Assembly (NCBI GenBank): GCA_013265495.1
Contig: MU057576.1
Coordinates: 468,982-532,981 of the forward strand
Length of the DNA stretch: 64,000 bases
Source of the DNA: Vicugna vicugna
Lineage: Eukaryota
Reading direction: 5' to 3'
A model generated the notes under the pieces. It was not told the DNA's origin. It was given only the letters and a program-made list of their open reading frames with translations, and did no database searches. How positions within the stretch are numbered: the stretch's first letter is position 1; each line of letters opens with the position of its first letter. A program made the position numbers and the translations under genes. This document shows positions 12,101 to 23,234 of this stretch, piece after piece.

Positions 12101-15100
12101 AGAGGAATTAAGTACATTCTGTGTGACTCATAGGTAGAGGACTCTTAGAAGCTTGCACCTTGTTTCCTATGCTGATTTTCCCTTGTACCCTTTTGCTGTA
12201 ATTAGTCATATTTACGAGTATGACTATATGTTGAGTCCTGCTATTCCTCTCAGTGAATCACTGAACCTGGGAGTGGTCGTGGGGACCCCTGACACAGAAT
12301 TATCCAGACTTTCTATTTTCTTTTGAATCAGTCTCAGCAGTTTGTGCCTTTCTAGGAATATGTCCATTTCATCTAAGTTACCTAATTTGTTATCACATAA
12401 TTGTTTATAATATTCCCTTATAATCTTTTTAATTTCTGTTAGGTGAGTAGTGATGCCCCTCTTTTATTTTCATTTTAGTAACTTGGGTATTTTCTCTTTT
12501 TGCTTTGATCAGTCTAGCTACAAGTTTGTTGATTTAATTGATCTTTTCAAAGAATCAGCTTTTGGTTCCACTGATTTTCTCTATTATCTTTCTATTCTAT
12601 ATTTCACTTCTTTCTAATCCAGTATTTATTTTTTAATGGTGGTACTGGGGATTGAACCCAGGACCTTGTGCATGCTAAACACACTCTACCACTGAGCTAT
12701 ACCCTCCCTCCTGATCCAGTATTTTTTTTTCTTTCTTCTGTTTGCTTTAGGTTTAGTTTGGTCTTTTTCTAGCTTCTTAAGATGGAAGGTTAACTTATTG
12801 ATTTGAGATCTTTCTTCTTTTTATTTTAATAGAGGCACTATCAGCTATAAATTTCCCTCTGAGCACTGCTTTAGTTGTATTTCATAAGTTTTGGTATGTT
12901 GTGTTTTTACTTACCCTCATCTCAAATTATTTTCTTATTTTCCTGGTGATGCCTTCTTTGATCTCTTGATTATTTAGGAATTTATTATTTAATTTCCACA
13001 TATTTATTAATTTCCCAAACATCCTTTCCTTCTTGATTTCTAATTTCATTCCACTATGGTCAGAGAAGATGCTTTGGAAGATTTTAATCTTTCTAAATGT
13101 ATTGTAGCTTGTCTTATGGCCTATCACATGGTCTCTTCTGGAGACCGTCCATGTTCACTTGGGAAGAATGTAATATAATCTGATGTTTTGGAGTTTGAAG
13201 TCTCTTTTACCGCCTCCCCTTTGTCTCCTTCACGGAAGCCGGTGTGAGAGTAGTGCAGAAGAGGATGTTGCTGCTGCTTTTTCTTGCCCGGCCTTCTGGA
13301 GTGAGAGAATAAGCAAATAGTGCCGAGTTCACCTAATTGATTCCTGATGCCCTTCCAGTTTCCAAGACCCTCAGATACGCTTGGCTTCTCCATAACTAGC
13401 TGTGATTTCTCTTCCTAGATGCTTATGACAGTGAAATGTGTTTCTTCCCACAAGCGAAGCAAAGTGAGAGCTCTTGCTCTTCCCTACTCTGAGTGGTCCC
13501 CCCAGGAGCACTCCCACTTAGGAGCCGGTCAGAGCTTCTTTAATGGCTGAATTTGGTCCCAAGCCATCATACTGATGACAACCCAAAGGAGTGCTGGTTT
13601 GGTGAGATTAGAGCTTCTACCTGCTATAATAAATTCCCACTTGCCTTTCTGGCAAGGCCTACACCAACATCATTAAAGTTGTCCTTTCTACTCCTGTTTC
13701 CCCATATACCCGGAAGTAAGTTACCACATCCTCTTCCTTCTTTTTGAAATCTGTAAAGGATTCTTTTGGCTGCAGCTAACAGAAAACCATCCCAACCGTA
13801 CATTGAGTAATTAAGAGTTTATGTTCCTCATGTAACAAAGACTGTGGGGACAGACAGTTCTGGGGCTGGTGCAGTTGATCGCTGATCCGCCCCAGGACCC
13901 AGGCTGTTTGTATTTTCCCACTGCAGTATCCATAGCAAGTGTATTTCCTTCTTATGCCACATGGTCACAAGGTGGCTGCAGCACCTTAAGACCAAGTCTT
14001 GAACTAGGGAGAAATGGTAGGGAGCAGAGCCAAGCTAGCATATTACAAAGCTTTTCCAGAAGCCCCACCCAGCAACTTCCACTGATGTCTCATTATTTAA
14101 GCTTACATCACATATCACCCCAGGCCAACCACTGAAAGACTGAGAAAAGGGTAGAAAAAAGGGAGAAATGTAGGGGAGAGAGGGAGCAGTGGCCAGTCAA
14201 CCAGCAGTGTTAAAGTGGTAAGTGGTAAAGCCTTAAAAATCAGAAGTAAGGGCAGGGGTAGGGGAGGATGACTTTAGTCAGACTGAGCTTGAAGTATGAC
14301 ATGCCATTCAATTCTGTCCCTGTCACACCTGTTCTAGTAAGAGTCAACCCCTGCCTTCTAAAATCTAACCTCCCTGGCACCTTCTGTACCAAAGTCACTA
14401 GCCACAATGTAAATATAGACACCTTGCCACCTGCCTTCTGCTGAATTCAGCATCCAACTCATGCTCCTTTCTTTAGAATTAGCAGAAGCATATTCTAAAG
14501 TACTTAGCTGTCATCTCCAGTCATTAAACACTGTTCAATTTGAGGACCCCAAAGGTTAGTCTTCTGAGACATCCCCATGCCACTGCCTTTTCTCAGCCTC
14601 AGATACCTGCTTTGTCATTTACCCATTTCCATCGAGTACATTTTCCTCTCTTCCTTCCAGAGCCTTCTGCCAACCTCTCTGTAAATCAGCCCAGAAGTTT
14701 TAAAGCATTCTCTAAAAACCTTTCAACTCAGTCTCATCCTAGCCCTCTGACAGGTCCCACATCAGGAGTTACCTTTGAGAGACCACACCCCTTTCTGCGT
14801 ACCTGTTCTCTAACAGAATCTTAGCTATTGTCTCAAAATCAATAGACTCAAACTCCAGGGAATCATAATTTTTCTGTGTGTCACATTCAAAGTTTCTTAG
14901 TAATCCCAGGATGTAGCAGTTGTGAATTTGTCCCAAAACTCTGAAGTACAAGAAATGTCACATTGCCATAGTCTCAGCCCCCAGGGAGTTGCCACAGTGG
15001 CAAGATCCTCTGTTCTCTACTTTGTCTTAGGAAAGTGACCAACTGCCCCCGTTCGCCCAGGACTGAGGGGTTTTGGGGGATGCAGGACTTTCAGTGCTAA

Positions 15101-18100
15101 AAGTGGGCAAATTGGAACCACTGGTCATCCTAAGTCTTGGACAAACATTAGTTTACAAGCCTTCTGCTTATTATATAGTATAAGCTCTAAGAGGGCAAGG
15201 AACACGTCTAATGAATTTCTTTATATTCATGCCTAGTGCTTGGGACATAATAGGCATTCAATCAATTTTTAATAAACAATTTACAAACAAATGCATGAAC
15301 CAGGATAAAAATAGAAGATTAAAATAATAATAATCCAAAGCCTGTGCCACATCAGAAGTTACCTGTGCCAACTGAAATGGAGGGAGCTGCAACTTCCTAA
15401 TACCTCTTCCAGAGGCTTAAAGAGGCCACGTCCTCAGAGCAGGGGCAAATTCTCCCCACGCACACATACCCCAAGACTTCTCTATCATTTATTTCCGGTT
15501 TGATGTGTTTGAGAAGCATCAGGTAGCTCTCTCATACATTTTGGATCTGTTCTTCAGAAATCAGCGAATCTCCAGATATAAGCCACAATGTTAAGAAAGC
15601 ATGAATTTCTGAAAGTATCTACCCCCTGCCTGGCTTACCAGACCTTCTCAGAGTTCTGTGCTGCCCAGAATGATGACACTGCTCTAATTAAAGTGTCCAG
15701 AATCTTCCCCACCACCGCCACCCCAGCACGTGCGCTCTGGGGTATAATTCTGATGCCACAGCAGGTTTTTTCTGCTTCACGGTGTCGCTTTCCACTTGTC
15801 TTCCACAAGACACTGATACTTACTCTATCCCCTGAAGATTTCTTTCTCCTCTTTGCCTTTCCTCCTGTGTTATTTCTTCCAACTTTTCATGTAAGTCAGA
15901 GTGGGCAGAGCGAGTGTGCTTGCTTTCACCTTATGTAGCAAAGACGCTGTTATGTACCAGCTGTAACTGATGACCACCTCAAGCAAAAGGTAACAATTTA
16001 AAGATCATTGTAACAGTTCTGACGGGATAGCTCCTGGAGTTTTGAGATGTTCCTTGAAAAACAACCACAGAAAATTGCCTCATTTCTATGCCTGGCTTAA
16101 AAGGGGTGCAAAGTGTCACCCCTCTGTTCTGCAGTGCCCTTCACTCAGAGTTGCTACCCCCCCCCGAATTCTAACCCCTTTTTTCCTTCATCCTGTGACT
16201 GGCTGAGTTGATCTCAAGGGCCCTGTCCGTATCCACCTCCCTGTTGTACCAAAGCTTTCCTCTCCCTTCTGTCTCCTCCTGTCTTCACAAGTGACTTTGA
16301 CCACCTTCTTCATAAGCCCTCTCTGGGCGTTCCAGGGACATTGAGCAATCAGCCCACTCTAACCCTAGCTGTGCAACACAACCAGCCTTCATCACCAGCA
16401 AAATAAGACCTGAATTTTCACAACACTCCACAAAAGTCTCTGTTACAAGACTCTGCTTTTAAGAATTACAGTTCTTAAAACTCCATATTTACCATTGAGT
16501 AATGCCTTAGTGCCCTCTAGAGTGAACACCTGCTTCATTTCATCCCTGCATTGTTAACCCTTTTGTGTATATCCCCAACCTGGGAGTTAAGAGCTGGACC
16601 TTGGGGCACTGATGATTCAGAGACAAAGTCCCCCCGCCCCCCCCAGGGCCAGGGGGAAATGGGCCAGCCCTTCCCACTGCCCCTAGAGGGACGCTGGGAG
16701 CCTTGACTGGGGCCGATCTTCACATGTGCCAGAGACCAAAGATGAACCTGAGTTTACGTACGTCTGTTTCAGAAAAGAGAGTGGCTGCTGTTGGCCAAAG
16801 GGGAGCCCCCAAGCCGAGGCCACAGCCTGAGGGAGGCCGCCAGCACCTTCTACGTGATCCTGCCGTCCTGCTCTGCCACTCTGCTGGTGAGGGCGGTGGC
16901 CACCCGGGAGCTGCTGCTGCCCAGCTCTTTCCCCTTGCTGCCTGAGGACCTGCCTGCTGACAGCCTCAGGACTGTGGAGGCAAGTGGGCCCAGATCTCAT
17001 GGCTTAGAGGGGGAGAGAAGAAACAGGAGTTTGAGAAACAGATGAGGGAGAGGAGTGAGCCAGTGAGGGAAAGCACAGGGGAGCAGAGAGAAAAGTGGTT
17101 CCCCAGGGGAAGAGGGGCAGAGAAGAAAGCAAGGGTAGGAACTGAGGCCAGATGGAGGGAGGTAAGTGTGTTCTCACGGGTCTTTCTCTGCAATACGTGT
17201 GCGCATGTGAGTGTACCTTTGTTTGTGTGCATCTGTTTCTGTTTTGTAAAGAGGAAAAGGCAGCCAATGCAGGTGCCAAGAATAGGAAGGGCTTTAAAAT
17301 GAGACTCCGATGTAAAGGAGGGAACAGCTCTGAAGGCCATTTTCTCCTCCTCTTTCATGTTGGATCTGGATTCTGGATTTCCTCTGCCAGACTCCCCAGG
17401 CTGAGGATGGGTCGAGGGGTGCTCTGGGCAGGAAGAACTGGAACCAGGTCGTTGCTTCTGGGCTGCTGGCTTACAGGCAGAGAGGACAGAGCCTGGGATT
17501 GTGCTGTTGGCTTGGCGGCCGCAGGGATGCAGAGAGAGGTGGGCACGAGTAGCTATGGCTCACTCGGCGTCTCACTTCAGGGCCAGTGGTTCCTGGCACA
17601 GGATGTTGTGGCCGGAAAACCTGACAGCTCAGGAATGCTGTGCTCGCGTGTCCTCCAGTTACACTCACCTCACAGGCTGAGGACTCTGTGTACTTGCTCT
17701 GCAGATGTGAGCACCGGCACACCCTCCCTCACAGCCTTGCACACTGGATCCCTTGTAACCCTCACAGCACACTGGTCCCTCGTAGGATCCCGTGACACAG
17801 TTCCTGGGGCCAGAGTGTTCAGTGCTCCTAACCACCTGGAGTTGCTCCTGTTTCTTGTATCCTGCCTGACACTTACCGCACAAGCACTCAGACCTGGGGG
17901 CCAGAACACCCAGCAGGACACGCATCTGTTTTACAACCTTCAGTGAAGCCCTGGGTCATCACACCTCCCCTGGCTTCCCACACTCAGGGGTCTCCGCCGG
18001 GCATCTTGTTTTCTGTGACCTCAAGTTCCCCAGTGAGGCTCCTCCTCTCTCTTCCTCAGAGCATGCTGGACGACCTGGAGCTAGAACCCACCTACAACCC

Positions 18101-19385
18101 CTTGCAGGTTTGGAGCCACCTCTACCCACACCTGAGCAGCACGTTTGCCAAGCCTCAGGGCCAGCTCCACCCAAGCTGGGAGAGCCGGGGCCTGAGAAAG
18201 GTACTTCCCTCTCCCCTCTTTATGCCCAGAATCCCAGAGAGTCCTCCTCCCCTGTCTCCAAACCCTCCCTCCCCATCCCGGGGAGCATCGTCCCTGGATC
18301 TCCTCCTGCAGAGGGGAGAAGAATGAGGCCTGCAGGGAGGAGGAAAGAGCAGCGCTCTAACCTAGGCAAAGAAATTTATACCCCCACCTGGTAAAGGGGC
18401 TTCCTCTTGCTCGGATATTTACATATGGTAATGTTTAGGTATCTTAATTGCAGTGTTTATGATATCTCATTAGTCATTCAACAGACCATCCATTGTTCCA
18501 CTAAGCAAACTGGCTGCACTGGAACTAAAACCACAGGTCTCTGCTGAAAGAAAAGAGTGTAGGGAAGGTGGGGAAAGAAATGCCTGAGGAAAAGGAAATT
18601 AGCATTTGCTGAGCCCAATCATTTGCCAGGTTTTATGACACCTGCCCTCACATATATTTTTCTCATTTAATCCTCACAGCATCCCTGCAAGGTGAGTGTT
18701 ATGATCATTTTACCGATGAGGAAAGGGAAGCTGGCCAAGGTTCATAGCTTGGAGATAGGGCTCTAGTGACAAGGGATGAAGAGAGAGAAATGGAAGGAGG
18801 AATTTATTTTCCTGAAATCCGTGTTCTAAAATGTTTGGGCTTCCTTCTGCACCCTTATTAATCTTTTCCTTGTTTCTCAGTAACAGAGCCTATAGAAAAA
18901 CTCCCGCTTTGTCTTAGCTGAAGTTACAAGAGAAAAATGTCTCCAAACTGCAGTCGATTTAGCAATGGGAATAGAGCTTACCACAAGTTAGCTGATGGGC
19001 AAGCAAAGAGAGGGGGACACTCAGCCTGGAGACAGGCACTGGAGAGGCTGGAGCCCAGGGGACTCCACTGCCCTGGGCCTTTAAGCTGTCACTCTGGGGA
19101 TGGGACACATGAAGGAGTTAGGACAGGAGGTCTGGCAGGGAGGGGGACGGGAGGTCAGAAACTCTGTCTGGTCCGCAGACAAAGCTCTGCTTGCTTTCTC
19201 AGCAGGCTGGGCAGTTGCAGATAAATCGAGTTCGAGCCAGAGTCACCCCCCTGCCTATGACTCCAGCCCCTGGCAGAGCCCCCAAGATGCCAGCAGCCAG
19301 CAAAGCTTCCTCAGGAGTCTTCTTCCCGCCTTCCGCGGAGGAGGAGGACGAAATGGAGGAGGAGGAATGTCCCTCAGGGCCCTAA
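146..19385 (+). CDS. M1AP: Meiosis 1 associated protein, 3' part (last five coding exons; 5' end lies outside the window)
   Basis: Exons 146-308 ([11 protein letters not shown]...YKLRVIK), 1229-1370 ([47 protein letters not shown]), 16773-16979 ([12 protein letters not shown]...TVE), 18060-18200 ([15 protein letters not shown]...GLRK), 19203/19206-19385 (AGQLQINR...CPSGP*). Phases consistent; peptides match M1AP as I recall it; position next to DOK1 fits synteny. Confidence 0.93.
2022..2641 (+). pseudogene. Processed retrocopy of an mRNA 3'UTR (parent possibly EIF4H, unverified)
   Basis: Flanked by 12-bp direct repeat AGAATGGGGAGG (2010-2021, 2642-2653); degenerate poly(A) signal AATAAG at 2607-2612 followed by a short A tail. 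Confidence 0.6.
2659..2814 (+). mobile_element. tRNA-derived SINE (vic-1-like, camelid)
   Basis: GGGGAGGGTATGGCTCAAGTG...TTCGATCCCCAGTAC...AAATAAATAA..ACCTAATTACCTCC with A-rich tail; imperfect TSD AAAAAAGAATGG(G)A(G)GA. Confidence 0.85.
3767..3814 (-). mobile_element. L1 3'-terminal fragment fused to U6 copy
   Basis: Minus strand GACACAACATTGCAAACTGACTATAC...AAAAAATAAATTAAAAA matches the 3' end of the L1 at 7413-7440 (GACACAACATTGTAAAATGACTATA). Confidence 0.8.
3815..3922 (-). pseudogene. RNU6: U6 snRNA full-length retropseudogene
   Basis: Reverse complement GTGCTTACTTCAGCAGTGCGTGTACTAAAATGGAAATGACACAGAGAAGATTAGCATGGCCCCTGAGCAAGGATGACAGGCAGATTCGTGAAGCGTTCCGTATTTTTT is colinear with U6 (ACAGAGA box intact) but carries many substitutions and sits between TSDs. 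Confidence 0.95.
4500..4715 (-). mobile_element. MIR SINE remnant
   Basis: MIR core CTCATTTAATCCTC...CCCATTTTTACAGATGAAGAAGACTGAAG...AAGTAACTTGCAAAAGGTTACACAGC; boundaries approximate. Confidence 0.7.
6608..7450 (+). mobile_element. Young 5'-truncated LINE-1 (ORF2 C-terminus plus 3'UTR)
   Basis: Uninterrupted 182-aa ORF 6612-7160 is the L1 ORF2p C-terminal domain (CWRGCG...[11 protein letters not shown]); G-rich 3'UTR tract; perfect 14-bp TSD AAAAGTAATTTTTA at 6594-6607 and 7451-7464. Confidence 0.95.
9570..9800 (-). mobile_element. MIR SINE remnant
   Basis: TTTTACAGATGAGG...TGAGGCCCAGAGAGGTTAAGTACTTTCCCAAGTTCACACAGCTAGTAATGGTAGAGCCAGGATTTAACCCAG; boundaries approximate. Confidence 0.8.
11788..12296. 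mobile_element. Solo LTR, MER21-like
   Basis: TG...CA termini; AGTTAATATAGCA...CCTTAGAAA..CCTGCTTGCAAG..GGACCCTTGGCTGGCATCTGG at the start and GGGGACCCCTGACACA at the end resemble MER21-family LTRs (from memory). Confidence 0.7.
12628..12713 (-). mobile_element. tRNA-derived SINE (vic-1-like), short form
   Basis: Reverse complement of GGGAGGGTATAGCTCAGTGGTAGAG...GTCCTGGGTTCAATCCCCAGTAC; TSD ATCCAGTATTT at 12617-12627 and 12714-12724. Confidence 0.88.
15032..15132. mobile_element. MER81-like non-autonomous hAT DNA transposon
   Basis: Terminal inverted repeats GTGACCA.../...TGGTCAT and internal GGGACTGAGGGG..GGACTTTCAGTGCTAAAA as recalled for MER81. Confidence 0.6.
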
Positions 19386-20453
19386 GCCACCAGCACTAGA
19401 GCCCAGCTGCTCTGCTCAACCACATCCATGCCAAGGCTCACATAATGGCTTTCTGTGGCCAAACATGCTTCTTACCCACCTGGGCCTGTGAGCTCCAGGT
19501 GACTGGGAAACAGAGCGTTCCCCTCCTCTGTCCTCAGTGCCGCCACCACCCCGCTCCTCAGACCAGGAAGCTCCCCCACACCATGAGCTTTTTCTTTCTC
19601 CATGCAAGGATTCATTTTCTTTTGGATCATTTGATATCATTAACAACAAACGAAGATTAAATACCCAGTAAGCCTCCACCATTGTTAGGAGCGTTCCTGG
19701 CCCGAATTTCTCCTTGTATTCTGTGTGAGCAGGTGGGTAAAGTCAGGTCACCTTTAGGAATCTGGAGCTCAGGAGACAAGAATAACGTTTTCAGAGCTCA
19801 TGAAAAAGTAAGATTGAAAGCAAAGCTTCATTCCAAAGTCCATGCCCCTCCCAGTATACCCACCACGCTGCAGTTCCCTTCAGCCTCCAAACAAAAGGGG
19901 CTAGTCTTCAGTCCCTACAGGCCAAGTCTGTGTGTGTGGTCAGGTGCTGAGGGGAGTGGGGGACATCCTATAGCTGAGAACAGGGGAGAGGATGGTGTGA
20001 AAAAGACCTCTCCCCTTCCAAGCCCCCTCTGCTCACACCTGCCCAGTAGCGCTTCTCCATCCACAGAATAACTATCACTTATTTATAAAAAGCATACTCT
20101 GCACTTCAAATTGCATTAAGTACTCGAGAAATTTAATTCCTCTCATACAAACAACCCTGTGAGGTAAAACCAGTAATTAAATGTTCCCATTTTACAGAGG
20201 GGCAGTGGGGGAAACTGAGGGTTACGGATGATACACCCAGGGTCGCAGAGACAGGGTGGGCCTGACTGGACCACCCAGGCTCTGAGAGATCACACTGCTT
20301 GGCTCCCCTCCCAAGGGGCCCTTTCTTTCTTCAATGGCCCCCAACGCATTCCTGGTTCTCCTCCTGATCCCCTCCACAGCCACTCAGCATATCCTGCCAC
20401 TCTGTTCCCTCTGTGACTATTCACACACGTAGACCTCTTAAACCCAAACTGAC

Positions 20454-20459
20454 TTTAAT
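20454..20459 (-). terminator. Probable DOK1 poly(A) signal ATTAAA
   Basis: TTTAAT on the + strand about 460 nt after the DOK1 stop, followed on the minus strand by GT-rich sequence (GTTTGGGTTT, GTGTGTG). Confidence 0.6.
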
Positions 20460-20920
20460 GAGAATAAAACTTTTTTAAAAATATATATCTGGCAAACAAC
20501 AGTGCAGGGGAAAGGATCCAGTCACAGCCCAGTGTCTCCCTATAGCCTCTATTCAGGACCTTCAAACTGCACCTTTTCTGACCAAACACCTCTTTCCGTA
20601 GGCTGGTCCAGCAGCTATCCCTTCCTTTGGCGGGGATGACTTAGGGGTGCTGGCCTCCCCCATATCTCATCACTGAGCCTCTGCCAACTGTTCGACTTCC
20701 GTAACTTCTTGGACAGATCATCCTTCCCTTGACTCCCCTTGTTTCCTGGTCTCACGCAGGCCCTTCTGGTTACTGCTGGTTCTAATAGGTTTCTTTGTCC
20801 CCCAGTGCCACCTCCCCATGGTCCTCCAATCAGCAACCCCAGCCTTGCCCCTATGTCTCATGTGGAGCCCTCGAACTTGACCCCAGTCCTGTCAGTCGCT
20901 GCTCTAGAGAGCCCAGAGTC

Positions 20921-23234
20921 TCAGCTCCCTGAGGCCCCACTCTTCTGGACCTGGCTGTACAGGGCAGTGTCTGAGCTATCTTTGCTGCCATTGTCAGCTG
21001 CAGCACCAGATTCAGAGAAGGCCGGGCCCTGGGGCTTGGGGGCTGGGAAGGGCTTTGTGCTCCGAGGGGGTGGCACAGCATAGTCATCAGTGGCAGGGTT
21101 GTAGGGGAGCTCGTAGCCCTCCTCCTTCACCCGAGCCTGGCGCCACCATGCATCCTTGGGCTCCTGAGGCAGATCATAAAGGCCCCTGAGAGCAGCTGAG
21201 GCCAGACCCTCAGGTTCATCATAGATGGGGTCTTCTTTGGGGTCTGTTAGCTTGGCTTTCAGCAACTGCTGCTGCACATGCTCATACAAGTCCCAGTAGA
21301 GCGGTTTCTTTAATTGTACCCCCTCCTGAGCAGCAGTGCTGTCCAGGGGGTCTGAGTACAGGGAATCCTGGGAAGGGCCCGGAGGAACACGCAGGGAGTC
21401 TAAGGGTTCAGCATACAGCACTGGAGGGCTGCCTGGGAGCTTCTGGGGGCCAGGGTGGGAAGCCACCTTCCCCTCTGCCACTTCTTCATGGGAATCGGTT
21501 CTGAGAACACCCTGCCCCTGGCCAGCCTTTCCTTGGGCCTTCTGCCGGTGGATAGCAGTCTCAACCGCCTGAAAGATGTCATTTCCCTGTGCTGTCTGGA
21601 AGGTGAAGGTTCCAGGGCCGGAGGGGCAGCGGCGGCCAGCCTCAAAAGAGAACATGACCTAAAGAGGGTGTGGAGGGAAACACATTACCAGGAGCCACCA
21701 GAGGTGAGTCACGGGGCCTCAACCAGTTAGGGGGATCTACAAAGACAAGACCATCTGGGGAGGGAGGCTGGGGTCATGGGCTGGCAAGAAAGGGTTATCC
21801 AGAGGGCAGATCTTCCTACCTTCCTGTCCTGCCCAACCCATCCCACAGCTGCCCAACCCAGGGAGCCTGCCCTCCTTGACAACACCGCACCTTGTCGCGG
21901 CCATAGCGTCGCAACAGAGTGTAGGGCCAGTAAAGGAGCGGCTCCAGTATCTGGCTCTGGGCCCCCACAGTCAGGAGAGTCAGCCTCTCAGCCTCCACTC
22001 TCAGCACAAAGGAGCCATGCAAGCCACAGCGCTCGGCGGCTTCAGTCCTCTGCACGGTCACCCAGAACTGGGATCCTGGAAGGAATACACCATCAGACTG
22101 GCACCTGGCCGGGTCTGGGGTGGGGAAAGGGAGCAGGTTGTCCGAGCACACGCTTGAAAGCCAGTGCTCAGGAACTTCCTACTTCCCCTTGTAGCTATCA
22201 CCGCCTTCCCGAGGACACCCTTCCCCACCCCCCTCCCTGCTGGGGCTTCTCAGGCATCTACCTTCCCACGTGGGGCTATACAGCGAGTTCTCCAGCATCT
22301 CCAGGGCGGAAAGATTGGGTGGGTTCTCGGCGGGCGCCAGAGCCCAGCTGCCTTTCTGGTGTCAAGAGAGAGAGTACGGAGGAGACTGTCATTCCCTCAA
22401 CGCTGTTCCCGGGGTCTGAGCCATCCCAGTTCCTCTGCCGCTGTAACAGCTCCCACCCCACACATCTCCTCTTGGGCCCAGTGCGGCACGCCCCCAGCCC
22501 CTCGCCGGCAGTCCCGGTCCCCCTCACCGGAAAGGCGTTTCTGCACAGCGTCTGCACCCAGGCGGCGCTGGACGGCGCGTCGGCCGCCAGCAGGTGGGAG
22601 CGCTGGGCGGTGTCCAGGCGGAAGGCTGCGGCGCCAGGCTCCGGGGGACTCTCCACCGACACGGGGGCCACGCTCACGCACTCCGCCAGGCGGATCACCT
22701 TACAATCCAGGCGGCGCGAGCCCCCTCGACCCCCTCCGGAGCTCGACCCCTTGTGGTCAAAGAACTCCAGCCGCGCGACGCCGTGGGGGCTGGCCGGGTA
22801 GAGCACCGCCCAGGTCTTCCTCCACCGCTGGGGAGAGAGAGCGAAGAGACTCGGGAGGGAGCGGGCAACCACCGGCGGCCCGGGCCCCGACGGGGAAGGA
22901 GAGACCGGCGCGGCCGATTTCAGGTTGAGGCCTCCCGACAGCGGGCGAAGTTTCCCAAGGCGGATGCCGCTCAGCTCCCCTGGACCAGAAAGGGAGCACC
23001 CGGAGGCCGGCAGACGCTTCTCCGGAGTGTGAGCAAACGACCTCAGCGGGAACGTCACGGGGCGCTCCAGCCCCGGGCGACGCGCTCCAACCCGCTGCCC
23101 GCCCCCTCCCTCCTTCTGGGCTCTACCGCCCACCCGTAGCTCTGATGGGGTTCGGCAACCCCTGCCCAGACTACCTTAGTACCGAAACGGTGACTCTGTA
23201 AGAAGAGCGGCCCTTCCATCACGGCCCCGTCCAT
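20921..23234 (-). CDS. DOK1: Docking protein 1 (p62dok; PH and PTB domains, tyrosine-rich tail), 458 aa
   Basis: Exons 23234-23175 (MDGAVMEGPLFLQSHRFGTK), 22827-22528, 22355-22262, 22075-21891, 21658-20921; all GT-AG, 1377 nt in total; FSFEAGRRC PTB motif and YxxP sites present. Confidence 0.97.

Larger units (their letters stand above)
11180..13200 (-). mobile_element. Old degenerate LINE-1 ORF2 segment, interrupted by an LTR and a SINE
   Basis: ORF 12927-13127 ([27 protein letters not shown]) is the L1 endonuclease C-terminal motif; T-rich L1-antisense sequence on both sides of the LTR; boundaries approximate. Confidence 0.85.

Noticed and set aside
17152..17946. 264-aa + strand ORF in an M1AP intron
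   Set aside because: No recognisable domain, low-complexity composition, no promoter or splice support; likely chance.
21776..23139. Long + strand ORFs (341, 254 and 181 aa) antisense to DOK1
   Set aside because: Shadow frames of GC-rich coding and CpG-island sequence.
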